Origin: Octopus vulgaris
Taxonomy: Eukaryota
Length of the DNA stretch: 64,000 nt
Assembly: GCA_951406725.2 (NCBI GenBank)
Contig: OX597815.1
Span: 175,584,001 to 175,648,000 of the forward strand
Direction of reading: 5' to 3'
The notes below the pieces were generated by a model. It ran no database searches and had not been told where the DNA came from. It saw only the letters and a list, made by a program, of their open reading frames with translations. Shown here piece after piece: positions 50,988-63,832 of this stretch. Numbering within the stretch: position 1 is the stretch's first letter; the number at the start of each line of letters is the position of its first letter. The position numbers and the translations under genes were made by a program.

Positions 50988-51004
50988 ATTTGGATGAAAT
51001 ATGA
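50988..51004 (+). CDS. Alternative terminal coding segment B (NLDEI-stop), start of probable last exon
   Basis: ttttcag|AT TTG GAT GAA ATA TGA, phase 1 compatible; followed by about 2 kb of AT-rich UTR-like sequence. Confidence 0.55.
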
Positions 51005-52950
51005 GTGACTATCGACCAACTTGAGTTTCTTTAAAAGAAATGTGGAAAACAGAAAAATTATTTAAGTGAATAAATCTCACTAATTTTGCCAAACTGATCT
51101 TACAACCTTTAATTCAGAACAACTTGTTTCTGAGATGTAAAGGGCCAGTAATTGTGATGAAACAGGAAGCGGTTGAGTAAGTATTGGTGAGGGTTAAACA
51201 AACACTTTTAACTAGCTTGCAGACCAAATCACCTGAACTTTCGATTTACTTTGTAAATAAGTATACGTTGTTTTAAAATGAAAACAAAACATTACACACA
51301 CACAAAATAATTGTGATCTAACCAGTTATAGAAATAAATTAGAAAGGATTAGACCTGCTGTGATGAACATATGCTAAATATGCGTTGGTTTACAGAAATG
51401 GAATTTAGTTCGGTGTATGCATTTCTAATTATCACACCATAAAAAAAAAATGCCTTTTCTATTTTGTAATTCCTTATATAAATTTACATACACAGGTTGT
51501 TCAGCATCTTAGCCATAGATATATAATCTTTGTTGGCGTGATACGAATTGTTTCCAACTGTCAAATGATTTAGTCATATGGAGTTAAGGAGATGAAAGGC
51601 AGAAACAAGAAGCTGCTGGATTGGAGAGCTTAGAATAAGTTGGGTGTTAAAAGCCTGCTTGAGTCAGTGCTGCATTTCCTAGCCCTATCTGTTGTCAATC
51701 AACTCCACATCTCAGTGTAGCAGAAATTTATATTTAATTGAATATATTAAAGTGAGAAATCGATATTTCTAACATTTGATCAATGGAAGGTGGTTATATT
51801 TCATCCAGTATTTCAAAGAAGGACAAGATTGGAGGGCTTTGAAATCAGAATCAAAACTAAATATTGTAAGATATTTTTCTCCAAACACTCTTATGCCAAT
51901 TGATAGGAGAAAAATCAACGTTATAAGGAGAGATAAAGCGGCAAGCTGACAGAATTGTTAGCATGCCAAGCAAAATGCTTAGTGCCGATTCGTCTATCTT
52001 CCAAATTCCACCGAGGTTGATTTTGCCTTTCATCATTTCAAGGTCGATAAAATTTGTTAACTGGGGTCAATGTAATCGACTTACCTACTGTCTCGAAATT
52101 ATTGGCCTTGTGCCAAACTTTGAAATTGATATTACAAAGAAAAATACAACTGACGACTTGGATAGGTTTTTCAAACACCCAAACGTATCCCTTCACAGGC
52201 CTGTCCAAGTTAGTAGTTGGTGGCTCAAACCAACTAATTTTATTCATGGGTCATAAATAAATGAAGATCACGTTGTAAGATTCGGAGGAATTGTTTCATT
52301 TTTTTCCAAATGAATTGGAAACCCTTTCCTAAACATTCATTAATAACCATTCTCACTTCAGCTGTAAAAAAAAAAAAAAACGAATAATGAATAACACATA
52401 TTATAACCAGGAAATTACAATATTAATCTTTTCACGAAAAATAAAAGAATAAAGTTCTGTTTCTGTAGCTTAAGACCAATAGATCTCAAGATAAGACAGC
52501 ATCTCAGAAATGCCTCATCACTATTCTCTGGTTATATAAATCAAAGAACTAAACCTATGAAAAAGTAACGACTGCAGGAAGATACAAGCTCATAAACAAC
52601 CAGTAATCCAGGACATAATCTACAGCATAAAAATTACAAAATAAAATTAATTAGAACAAAAATAAAAAAAGATTAAAAAAAGCCTCAACTATTTTCTTCA
52701 TGGATTTTCACACTAAGATATTTGTATTTTAGTAAACTTTTTTCTTTAAAACTGATAAATTTGCCTCCGAATTATTCTTGTTATATATTTGTAAAATCTT
52801 TCTATTTTGTTGATAAAATACTAATTAAAAATGAAGAAATTATAACAGAGGAAATATTAAGACTTACAAGAATTTGATAACTTATGGCAGTATTTTATTT
52901 TTGTGAATAAAATTTCTAATTACATTTTACATTTCTATGTTTTCCCTTCA
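51005..52950 (+). other. Probable 3' UTR of the cadherin gene
   Basis: AT-rich, several AATAAA (about 51333, 52256, 52448, 52906), the last followed by a T-rich tract; end not determinable. Confidence 0.4.
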
Positions 52951-53534
52951 AATTTCGCTGATTCATCAACGTATCTGAAAAACGATAATTAATATTTCAG
53001 AAATCTGTAAAAAATTTGTAAAATAATTTCTAAAACTATCAAGGGCTATTTGTTTCAATGTATAACCAGGCTCTGTTACAATATTTACAATTTCTGAAGC
53101 GAATTCCTGCAACATTTGGTCTTTTGCTGCTATCCATTTATTCCTAATAAAACGTTTAATTTCATTAATTAATGGAAACAAACTGCTGAATACCATACAC
53201 CTGGATAAGTTTTTTAAAATGTTGCTCAATCACCCCGCCCCTTCCTACAAAACTGACAGTAATTGTTATTGACACTTCCAACTGATACATTTACTACAAG
53301 GGAGAGACAAAATGATAAAAAAAAAAAACTTGCACTCATTCAAAATGACTTAGCAACCCACTTTTTTCGAATGTTATTTTCCTTGGTATCCAATAACTGG
53401 CATCCTGTGACTGATATTATTAAAACACTGCAGAATGAACATGTCAATTCGGCAAGAAATTCACTTTAATACAGCATGAAGTGCGCAAAATAACGTTAAC
53501 CAATAACCTCCCCTTCGATTATTCTACTTGTTGA

Positions 53535-53722
53535 ATCATCATCATCACCACCATCATTTCACGTCCGTTTTCCATGCTGACATGGGTTGGACGGTTCGAC
53601 CGGGGTCTGGGAAGCCAGAAGGCTGCACCAAGCTCCAGTCTGATCTGGCAGTGTTTCTACAACTGGATGCCCTTCCTAATGCCAACCACTCCGTGAGTGT
53701 AGTGGGTGCTTTTTACGTGCCA
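53535..53722 (-). mobile_element. RTE 3'-tail fragment
   Basis: matches 16391-16575. Confidence 0.85.
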
Positions 53723-54739
53723 TCCACTCAAATTTCATACACAACATGGACCAAAAGGTTTAAAAAAACATGTATTTAAATAAATTTTAATGTCATGAAT
53801 AGCAAAAGTGAAACTGGTCAACAAACACAAGACAAGATATATTAAAAATTATATTAAAACTATGTAAAGTGTGTGCATTTTCCTTCTTTAATTTCTTACC
53901 TACATTACAACTCACTACATGGAGATAATTGAAATTTATTCTTTTCTGTTACTATATGCACACACACACACACACACACAAACACACACAAGTATAGACA
54001 CGTATACATATGAATATACATGTGTATATATGGATACACATACATATGTATACACATATATACACATGTCTATGTCTATATGTCTATGTGTGTGTATATA
54101 TATATATACATATATGTATATATATCTAATATATATATGTCTATGTGTGTAAATATATCTGTATGTATATCATATATATATATATATATATATATTTCTT
54201 ATAATTATGAGTATAATTACAATACAATTAGGGTTCAGCAAAAAAAATTTGCTTCACAACATATCGAACTTTAGAAATAGCAGCCAAAGAACTTAGCTAT
54301 TTCTTCTACTATAAGAAGAAACTCCCGGACAACATATACTCAAAACAATTCAAATAGACAGAGAGGAAAAACAACGAAATTCACTCGCTATTTGATTACC
54401 TGTGGACGCGTTTTGGAATTAGAACGATATGAAAATGCAAAAATCACATTTCCATCCGATCATTTTCCTCTTAAACACAGCATTTCAAGATTTTAAATTT
54501 GAGAGCACTGAAAAAATTGAACGTTACTTATCCAATTCAAGTAGTATCAGACAAACTATGACCAGTACCAACGAATTCAAAACATACGAATGAGGTCTCG
54601 TATTCTCCCTCACCCATCCACGTGTTGTTGAGTAAAAAAATTCTACAGAAAAAACTGTAGTTTATTACCAGGGAGAGAGGGGTCCTATCTTGTAGTGTAC
54701 TGAGGAAGTCGGTTAACTGCTCTGTCATTGATCACACTT

Positions 54740-55322
54740 GTATGGTGCTCTTTGCACCCTGCTAGCACGGACGCAAGTCATTGAATTTGATTTTGATTTC
54801 ACTTGCTTCAACAGGTCTTCGCTAGCAGAGTTTTGGTGTCCAGAGAAGGAAAAGGTACGCATAAATGGGCTGGTTATGCCCCTGGCATAAGCCACGAGAT
54901 TATGGTCTCATTTGGCTTGCCGGGTCTTCTCACGCACGGCATATTTCCAAAAGTCTCGGTCACTAGTCCTTTCCTTGGTGAGGCCTAAAGTTCGAAGGTC
55001 ATGCTTCACCACTTCATACCAAAGCCTTCCTGGGTCTACCTCTTCCACAGATTCCCTCAACTGCTAGGGTATGGCACTATTTCACAGAGCTGTCCTCATC
55101 CATTCTCGCCACATGACCCTACCAGCGCAGTCGTCTCTCTTGCACACCACATCTGCTGCTTCTTAGGTCCAACATTTCTCTCAAGGTACTTACACTCTGT
55201 CAAGTATGCACACTGACATTACACATCCATCGGATCATACTGGCTTCATTCCTTGAGAGCTTACGCATGTCCTCAGCAGTCACAGCCCATGTTTCACTGC
55301 CATGTAGCATGGCTGGTCGTAC
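54740..55322 (-). mobile_element. RTE LINE 3' coding fragment and UTR
   Basis: [26 protein letters not shown]...GRGRPRK. Confidence 0.9.
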
Positions 55323-55491
55323 ACATACACACACACATATATATGCATATATATATATATACATACATATATGCAATACATATATATATATATATACATA
55401 TATGCAATACACGTATATATATATATATATGCAATACACGTATATATATACATATATGCAATACATATATATGTATATATACATATATGCA

Positions 55492-55524
<33 letters not shown>

Positions 55525-55601
55525 TATATGCATATACAATACATATATATGTGTATATATATATGTATCAAATGAAATAAAAAACAGAACACAAAGGATG
55601 T

Positions 55602-55695
55602 TGCGGTACACGTGTTTCAAGCTTTATAAAACAACTTATTCTTATGTCAATGTATAATCGACATAACTGATGGTTTAAAGCCCTCTTCAGCCGCA
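55602..55695 (-). ncRNA. Type I hammerhead ribozyme (Penelope-type, palindromic stem III)
   Basis: minus strand tgcgg-CTGAAGA-gggcttta...taaagctt-GAAA-cacgtg-TA-ccgca; stems I, II and III all pair. Confidence 0.75.
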
Positions 55696-55849
55696 TGCAA
55701 TTGCTACACCAAAGACTTGTATCACATTATGAAAAGTCCGAAAAAGAACATTTGGTATTATTTATAATGGTAGGTATATTGAGTTTCACTTGTTTGTAAA
55801 TCTTCATAATCAAATAGGTGTGCAGAGTATTATTGGACTTCGAAAATCC

Positions 55850-57470
55850 GTCCATATTGTATCATCAGTCAATACAGAGTCACTTTCACGTCATGTATGT
55901 GTGCTGAGCTGTTTGTGAAACATAGGTCCAGGATATTCTTTCCCCTTGTGCGGTGATGCACCATCTGCTCTATAGTGCGTCAGTGATGTCAAGCAAAGAC
56001 TGCATGCTTCCCATTTTGAAGTGACATACTTGAAAGGGGACATCCCTCTGGCCATTTTACATGAGGGAGATTGAAATCCCCTAAGAGAAGTATGAGCAGA
56101 TCATTGTCGAGATTTGCCAGAACATCTCTCATTTTTTGGAGGCTCTCTTCAAATGAGTTCTCATGATCTGGCACATCTGGTGTGCGATATGCGGTACATA
56201 TTACCATCCTCATCTGTTTAATGTGTACTACCAGAGTATCACATACAGCGTTGGAGTGCAAGAAGAGTACCATGGGCATAACATCATCACGGATGTACAT
56301 TGCCACTCCTCCATGAGACCTTTCTCGTCTTTCAGTTTGTAGCACGACATACCCTGGTATGTGTACCTTGGCATCCGATACATCCACATTTAGGTGTGTT
56401 TCTATTAGTGACACACATATTGCTTGGTTACATGTCACAAGGTCTCTTAGGTATTGCGTTTTACGTCGGTGGTGTTCATAGGTCCGGCGTGCGTGGAGGT
56501 ATCAGGGGTGGCCACACCGGTTCCTTTGTTGTTTGAGGTGGACGCAGGTATTGGTATGTGCCTTGCATGTCGGGTGTCTGGTGAAGCCTGGTCAGCTGTT
56601 CCACAATTTTTTGCGTAACTTCCAAAAAGCTGGTTGTTGAGTGGCTGCCAACTGCACTGCATCAGTTGTCTGTTTCCCTCTAGGAGTTTTGCACTTATCT
56701 TCAGCATACTTCCATGGCAGTGGTAATTGTATCGTGAGTCTTGCGCTTTTTGTGCTGTGGTGATCTGTTCTGCCTGGCCTTCGGGTGATTAGGATGAGGG
56801 TTGCGTGCCTGGGGTTGGGATGAGCAAATTTGCAGCCCATCCCCATATCTCCATACCAGCAGGTACTTGTTCTTGCAGATTGGTTTGTTTTTCTTTTTAG
56901 ACACTTTGCCTCCACAGGTTCTATGTTGTTGTCCGTGTGTGTCCACTTGTGGTCTACATCCTTTCTCACCTTGCGGTCTCTCTAGAATCTTTGTTCTGTC
57001 TTGTGCTACCTTTTGCTTCAATTTACTGTTGTTGTCCTTTTCCTCTTCATATGTCCTCATCTTTGACTTTGGACTCCCTTGTCCGGCTTCAACACTCTTC
57101 TTGGGCTCATAGTTGTCCCCTTTGACTTGTCTCTTCTCTACTCTGTTTTGGTCCTTCTCTGGGTCCGTGTTGTCCTTGTTTTTGCTTTCCTCCCTCTCAT
57201 TTTCGTTTTCCTTTTCCTCTACTTGAACTATTTTGTTTAATATTTCAATGTGCGGCAGTATGAGGTTGTAAGATCGGAGGAGCTTGGTCTTTTTCCTCTC
57301 AATTTGTGCCATTGTCCGGCGGAAACCAAAACTCTCCAGGGAGTCTGCCATGAGAGTATTAGGTGGCGCTCCTTCTGCTAGTTTCTATGCCAAGAGCATT
57401 GTTCTGACCTCCTCCTGCTGCCAGCGTCTCTGGAATTTAAAAAGGTCACTAACACTTATGTAGCTCGCTG
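55850..57470 (-). mobile_element. CR1-group LINE 5' part (ORF1-like region and APE endonuclease), decayed
   Basis: SLIETHL, IPGY, HGGVAMYI, LLGDFNLP, NILDLCFTN; upstream CWYG...CKFAHP. Confidence 0.8.
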
Positions 57471-57489
57471 TACGCCGATCCATTTCCAG

Positions 57490-57850
57490 AAGAGAGGTGA
57501 GGAGGGGAAGACAGGGAGGGAGAAAGAAGCAGATAGGCAGTGATTGAGGGTGGGGAGGGACAGAAAAGAAAGAGGAGTGAGCGGGAGAGAGAGAGGGGGG
57601 AAAGTGTGTGTGTGGGGGGGGGGGGGCAGAAAGGAGACAGAGAGAGATGGAGGGAGATAGGAAGGGGGAATAGGTGAGAATGCTATGTCGGGACGTGGAT
57701 AAGCGAGGAGATGGAAAGAGAGAGTAGGGGAGAACAGAGAGTAGGAGAGAGAGAGTAGGGGAAGACAGAAAGGGAGAAAAGAGGAGAGATGAGTCTATGT
57801 CGGAATGTGGATAGTTGAGGAGAGTAAAGAGAGAGAGAGTAATTTGAGCG
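57490..57850. repeat. GA-rich purine tract with duplicated 28-mer
   Basis: ctatgtcgg(g/a)a(c/t)gtggata at about 57684 and 57795. Confidence 0.7.
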
Positions 57851-57962
57851 AAGGAGATTAATATTTGTTTTCGTCGATAAAAACAGTAATCGAGGGAAGA
57901 GAGATCGATCTATGAGAGACGGGTTGATAAAAGTCGAAGAGAAATTAGAAGCCTTAATCGGT

Positions 57963-58133
57963 ATTTCGTCTGTCGTTGCGTTCTGAGTTCAAATTCCGCC
58001 GAGGTCGACTTTGCCTTTCATCCTTTCGGGGTCGATTAAATAAGTACCAGTTACGCACTGGGGACGATGTAACCGACTTAATCCCTTTGTCTGTCCTCTC
58101 TGTGTTTAGCCCCTTGTGGGTAGTAAAGAAATA
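57963..58133 (+). mobile_element. 5'-truncated SINE family 1 with perfect 16-bp TSD
   Basis: agaagccttaatcggt at 57947-57962 and 58134-58149. Confidence 0.9.
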
Positions 58134-58854
58134 AGAAGCCTTAATCGGTTGATGAAACGACAGGCGAACTCGTAAATAGAAAAAAAAAACCCATGAAGGA
58201 ATTAAGGAAACTACAACAGCAATGCAATATAATGTAATATAATGGATTCGATTTGGATTTGAATTCCTTTTTTTTACAATATATTTAGTTTAGCCACGAT
58301 GTGTACGCTCAAGGATGAATGTATGTGTTTATAAATGTTTATATGTAAGTTTACATAAACATTGTCTTAAATATCGGCAGCGAAAAACAGTTGAACGGCG
58401 AGAAATAATAACAATATCTATGATAATAATAATAATAATGATAACACTAATAACACTACTAGTAACAACAGTAATAATATCACCAATATCTATAATAACA
58501 GCAATGATAATATCAACAAAAAATACCAATAAAACAGTAAAATGAATAAATAAGCAAGAGATATTCTATCTTAGCTCAAGAATCCAGTTCGGACTGTTTC
58601 CATGATTCAACACGGGCGATTTCGTAAGGTGGAAGCTGGACAGAGAAAGTTTTCAAACTTTTCCCTCTACATGGTCCTTAACGCAAATTTCTTCACTATT
58701 TGGCCGAGAAAGTCCAGAGAGTAGCTTAGCACAGTTGTGTGTGTGGCTGTTATGTATGTTTTTAAGAAGACCTCTTGGGATAATGCCATTTTGTGAGGGA
58801 CAACAACATTCCACTACTGAACAACCGGCAGCCATCTTTATTTATTTATTTATT

Positions 58855-58996
58855 TATGATGTATGTATGTAAGTATGTATGTACGTACGTACGTACATAT
58901 ATATATATATATACATACTTACATATATATATATACATACATATATATATACATACATATATATATACATACATATATATATACATACATATATAT

Positions 58997-59041
<45 letters not shown>

Positions 59042-59233
59042 CATACATACATACTTATATACATATATACATACTTACATATATACATATATACATACTT
59101 ACATATATACATATACATACATATATATATATACATATATATATATATACACATATATTTATATACATACATACATATATATATATACATATATTTATTT
59201 ATATATATACATATACACATACATATATATATA
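58855..59233. repeat. (TA)/(CATA) microsatellite tract
   Basis: direct reading. Confidence 0.95.
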
Positions 59234-60625
59234 TGAAGAGCATCGTGGCAAACATGAGGCTGAAGAGTGTGGGAGCCATCACTCAACCTTGCTTCACGCC
59301 ATTGGTGACAGGGAATGGATCAGAGACATCTCCGTTTTCCACGATGTGAACCATCATGCCACCATGAAATGACTGGATGATCTTGACGAGCTTTGGTGAA
59401 CAACCCAGCTTGGACAAGATATCCCACAGGGCCTCTCGGCTGACAGTGTCAAAAGCCTTCGTCAGGTCCACGAAGAGGATGTAGATGTTTTGGTTTTGTT
59501 CTCGGCACTTCCATGTCTATTGTCCCTCAATTGTTCCTAAATCCACACTGGCTCTCTGAGACTACGTCATCCAGCAGGTGGTGTGTGATGCGGTTCAGAA
59601 AAACATGGGCCATGATCTTTCCTGGGTTGCTCAGCAATGAGATGCCTCTGTGGTTGTCACATGAAGCTCTTCCCCCACTTGTTCTTGTACAGATGCACGA
59701 TGTTGGTATCCTCGAAGTCCTGCGGTACTGATCCTTCATCCCAGAACTGCTGTATCAGCTCAGTCAACTTGATGGTAACAGTTTCACTTCCCTCTTTGAA
59801 GATCTCTGGGGGTATTCCGTCAGGACCAGGTGCTTTTCCCACATGTAGATGCTTGATGGCCTTCTGGATTTCTGCCAGTGTTCGGGAGTCATCAAACAAC
59901 ACAAGGACTGGGCGCTGTGGATGTCTTGGATGGCCTGCTGGTCAATCTGGGAAGGTCTGTTTAGCAGCTGACTGAAATGTTCACTCCAGCGTTGTATGTT
60001 GTCGCTCTTTTCAGCTAGCAGGGTTCCATCGGCAGGGCGCACAGGTGCCATTGTATTTAGCGTGGGGTCATTCACGTGTTTCAGGCCGGCAAAGAACTTC
60101 TTGGATTTGTGTTCGTCTGCATACTGCTGTAATTCTGCAGCTTTGTTTTCTCACCACTTGTCTTTCATCTGTCGCAGCTCAGTCTGCGCCTTTCTTCTGA
60201 TGTCCTTGAGGTGGTCATACTTGGCTTGGGAGTTTTTATCGTTGAGCCAGGTTATGAAGGCTTCTTTCTTCTCCTGGAGGATGGTGGTGATCTCTTGTTG
60301 TTGTCAAACCAGTCTTGGTGTTTCCGTTTTGTGTGGCCAAGGATAAGGCAAGTAGATGTTCAAGCTGGTTCGCAAGGTTGGCAATGAAGGTCTCTTTTGT
60401 TTTTGGTTTATAGAGTTTCTGGAGGTCCAGTTTCTTTTTAATATCCGCTTTCTGGCGTCTGTGTCTGTTGATGATGGAAAAGGACAGTCTGCACCTCAAC
60501 AGCAGGTGATCTGTCCAGCAGTCAGCTCCCCTCATTGCCCTAGTGATGTGAACATCCTGGATGTCCCAGCGCCTGGTGATCACATAGTCAATCAGGTGCC
60601 AATGCTTGGACCTTGGGTGCATCCA
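59234..60625 (-). mobile_element. BovB-like RTE LINE fragment, decayed
   Basis: MHPRSKHWHLIDYVI, ADCWTDH, KAPGPDGIPPEIFK, HRGISLL, ESQCGFR, DLTKAFDTVSREALW, GVKQG. Confidence 0.9.
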
Positions 60626-60639
60626 GGTAGTCTTGTGGA

Positions 60640-61280
60640 TGATCCGCTAGATGTGTAATGTTAGTGTGCACACACGACAGAGTTAAGCACCCTGACAGAA
60701 ATGTTGGACATAAGAAGCATCGGATGTGGCATGCAAGAGAGACGTTTGCGTTGGTATGGTCATGTACAACAGATGGATGAGGAGAGACGTGTGAAGAAGT
60801 ACCACTCCCAAACAGTGGAAGGAATCCGGGGTAGAGGTAGACCCAGGAAAACATGGGATGAGGTGGTCAAGCGTGACCTATGTACGGTGGGCCTTACAGA
60901 GGCAATGACAAAAGACCAAGACCTCTGGAGGTATGCTGTGACTGAGAAGAGCTGGCAAATAAAGTGAGTTCACAGCTGTAACATACACCAGTTTCGCATA
61001 ACCAGCCCACTCAAAAGTACCTTGGATCGGAGAGCGACATGCCGTGCTTGACGAGAACTATTGAGTCAAGTAAATTAAAATCTAATGGAAATTGTAGTTG
61101 TGATCCCCATTCCGGTGGCACGTAAAAAGCACCCACTAGACTCTCGGAGTGGTTGGCGTTAGGAAGGGCATCCAGCTGTAGAAACATTGCCAGATCAGAC
61201 TGGAGCTTGGCGCTTCCCAGACCCCAGTCGAACCGTCCAACCCATGCCAGCATGGAAAACGGACGTTAAACGATGATGAT
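60640..61280 (+). mobile_element. RTE LINE 3' end (family of 16391-19881)
   Basis: RRLRWYGHV...GRGRPRKTWDEVVK, UTR, (atg)n tail. Confidence 0.9.
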
Positions 61281-61286
61281 ATGCGA

Positions 61287-61332
<46 letters not shown>

Positions 61333-61383
61333 ATACGTGTGTGTATGTATGTGTATCTAACTATCTATCTATCTATCTATCTA

Positions 61384-61449
<66 letters not shown>

Positions 61450-62287
61450 GGTGCGCGTGTGTGTGTGTGAGTGTGAGTGAGAAAAAAAAGAAAAGGATAG
61501 AAATAAATCTGAGGAAATTAATTTCGAAATTAATTCAAATTTCATCTTTTTAAAAATAAGAATTTGAGATACAAAATAAACGAATATTTCAAATAAATAG
61601 CTTCCTGTTACTATAATAACTTAATCAAAACTGTTCGCCAGCTGATACATTTATAGAAATTATAGACAAAAGGACGATGGTTACTTTCCGTATAAATTGA
61701 ATACTAGAATCAAACGAACACATTAAACATAATACGTAGACAGAAATAACAGAGAAGATACGTGCATTTAATTGTGGACTTTTGCTTTTAACGTCAGTGC
61801 GTCGGCTATGAATAGAAGTGGAGCTGTTCGTTTGAGTTGAGATGTAGACATCAGACGTGATTCAATAAATATCATTTGAGAGACGTATGAATGAATACTA
61901 GTTACTTCGTTTCTATTTTGTTAACCGAAAGTAAATATTCCCCTCTGGTGTATATTCATTCATTCAGGGGAGACATCCCGTATGGTTTGTCAGCGCCGGT
62001 AAATGATTTTAAATAGCAAGAATAATACCATCTGTTTTTATAATCATTAAAAACAAATCAAAACATCAAGTTAGAACTCATGCAACGTTCTACTTGATGC
62101 AAGTAATATTTTTCATTCAGAAAATCACCTCCGAGGACATTTTCTTCGTTGCTAGCAAAAACATAAATGTAACTAAACGTATAGTTGGGCCTGCTTAATA
62201 GAGAGTGAGGGAATTTTATTATAACAAGTTGCGTTGCTTGCAGTTTAGAAACCGGCATTAAATAATCTAAGTTTATTGTAGTAATTA

Positions 62288-62686
62288 CTGGCAGTATCGC
62301 CCGGCGTTGCTAGGGTTTGTTTCGACCCTTTAGAATTGGAATTTTTGAAAAGTAAGAATTTTGCATTATGTAGCTTGTTATTGTCTTTAAGTGAACGATT
62401 TTCTGATTGAAATACACCGAAAAATGGCGATCAGCAGTGAAAAAATCGTAAAAAATAGGGATTTTCATAGAAAAAAAAGCACCTTTTTGATGTAAATAAT
62501 TTCTGGTGTTAACATGGTCCGATTTGAATTTTTTCTTCTACGGAAGGTGGAAGAGCAAGCCTTCTTCTATCATACTCTCAATTTTGGTCAACTTGCGCCG
62601 CCGGGTCTCTGAGGAGATAGTGTTAGTTGAAGGCTACCAAACCTGCCATACACACACAGACAACTTTAGATTTATACATATAGAGA
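62288..62686 (-). mobile_element. Non-autonomous Helitron
   Basis: minus strand A|TCtctatatgtataaa...ccctagcaacgccgggcgatactgCCAG|T. Confidence 0.7.
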
Positions 62687-63539
62687 TTAGAATTAGTTTA
62701 ATGAAGGTTCTGCTTTGCTTTTCGTAAACCAGTCGTTTCGTATATGAATTCAATAACCTTATCCAATTTTTCGAATGAGAGTAGCATATTAAAAACTGCA
62801 AGTTATAGCGATCATCTTCTCTCTCTCTCTCTATCCACACATCCATGCCTGTACATCGTTTCTACTATAGACATAAAATCCGGTATTTGACGGGGTTTAT
62901 CGATCCCAGTGTTCAACTGATACTTATTTTATCGACCCTGAAAGAATGGAAGGCAAAGTCGACCTCGGTGAAATTTGAACTCAGATCGTAAGGACGGACG
63001 AAACGCCGCTAAGCATTTTATCTGGCGTGCTAACGATTCTGTTAGCTGGTGTTTCTTCTAATAGCATAGAATTCCAATCCTTTATTAATTGATTGATTTG
63101 TCAGTTTTGTTTTTGCTAACTATTCAAGGAGTTGATTAGGACTGCTTATTTTTTGGGGTGTCTGGTCTTTATAGATATTTCAATCTAAGTTATATATATA
63201 TATAAATATATTACGGAGATGTACTTGCATAGTAAGTGACCTGTTCTGAGATCGTGTTCTGAAACAAAAACAATTGCAGCATGAAAGGTGTTTATAAGCC
63301 ATTTAAAAACACACAAAATCCGTTTCATTCACTGCAACATTTAAATTTAATTTGCCAAAATAAAATTCAAATAAAATTTAAAATATCATAATATGAATGA
63401 ATAACGAAAATGAAAAAATGGAAATGTGCTGCTTGCCCCAGCATCATTTCCTTTTATCTTGGGAGTCCTTTTAACACATCCGAACCATGTTTTTCTAACA
63501 ATTCCTTGTAACCAATCTTGTCCATTATCTTTTTTAAGT

Positions 63540-63832
63540 GTGGAGGCGCAATGGCCCAGTGGTCAGAGGATCGCGGTTTCGATTCCCAGACCGGGCGTTG
63601 TATGTGTTTATTGAGCGAAAACACCTAAAGCTCCACGAGGCTCCGGCAGAGGGTGTTGGCGACCCCCGTTGTACTCTTTCGCCCCAACTTTCTCTCACTC
63701 TTTCTTCCTGTTTCTTGAGTAACGCTGCAATGGACTGGCGTCCCGTCCAGCTGGGGGAACACATACGCCACAGAAACCGGGAAACCGGACCCATGAGCCT
63801 GGCTAGGCTTGAAAAGGGCGCATAAATAAAAA
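63540..63832 (+). mobile_element. tRNA-derived SINE family 3
   Basis: ggcgcaatggcccagtggt A-box, ggtttcgattccc B-box, gcaatggactggcgtcccgtccag body, A-rich tail. Confidence 0.7.

Noticed and set aside
58575-58623. Additional + strand cadherin tail exon (cttag|CT...TTC|gtaagg)
   Set aside because: Phase fits, but it lies beyond several poly(A) signals, has no recognisable motif and no following exon was found
62058-62152. Minus-strand terminal exon after tttttgctag
   Set aside because: All three frames are short with no recognisable homology; cannot be supported from sequence alone
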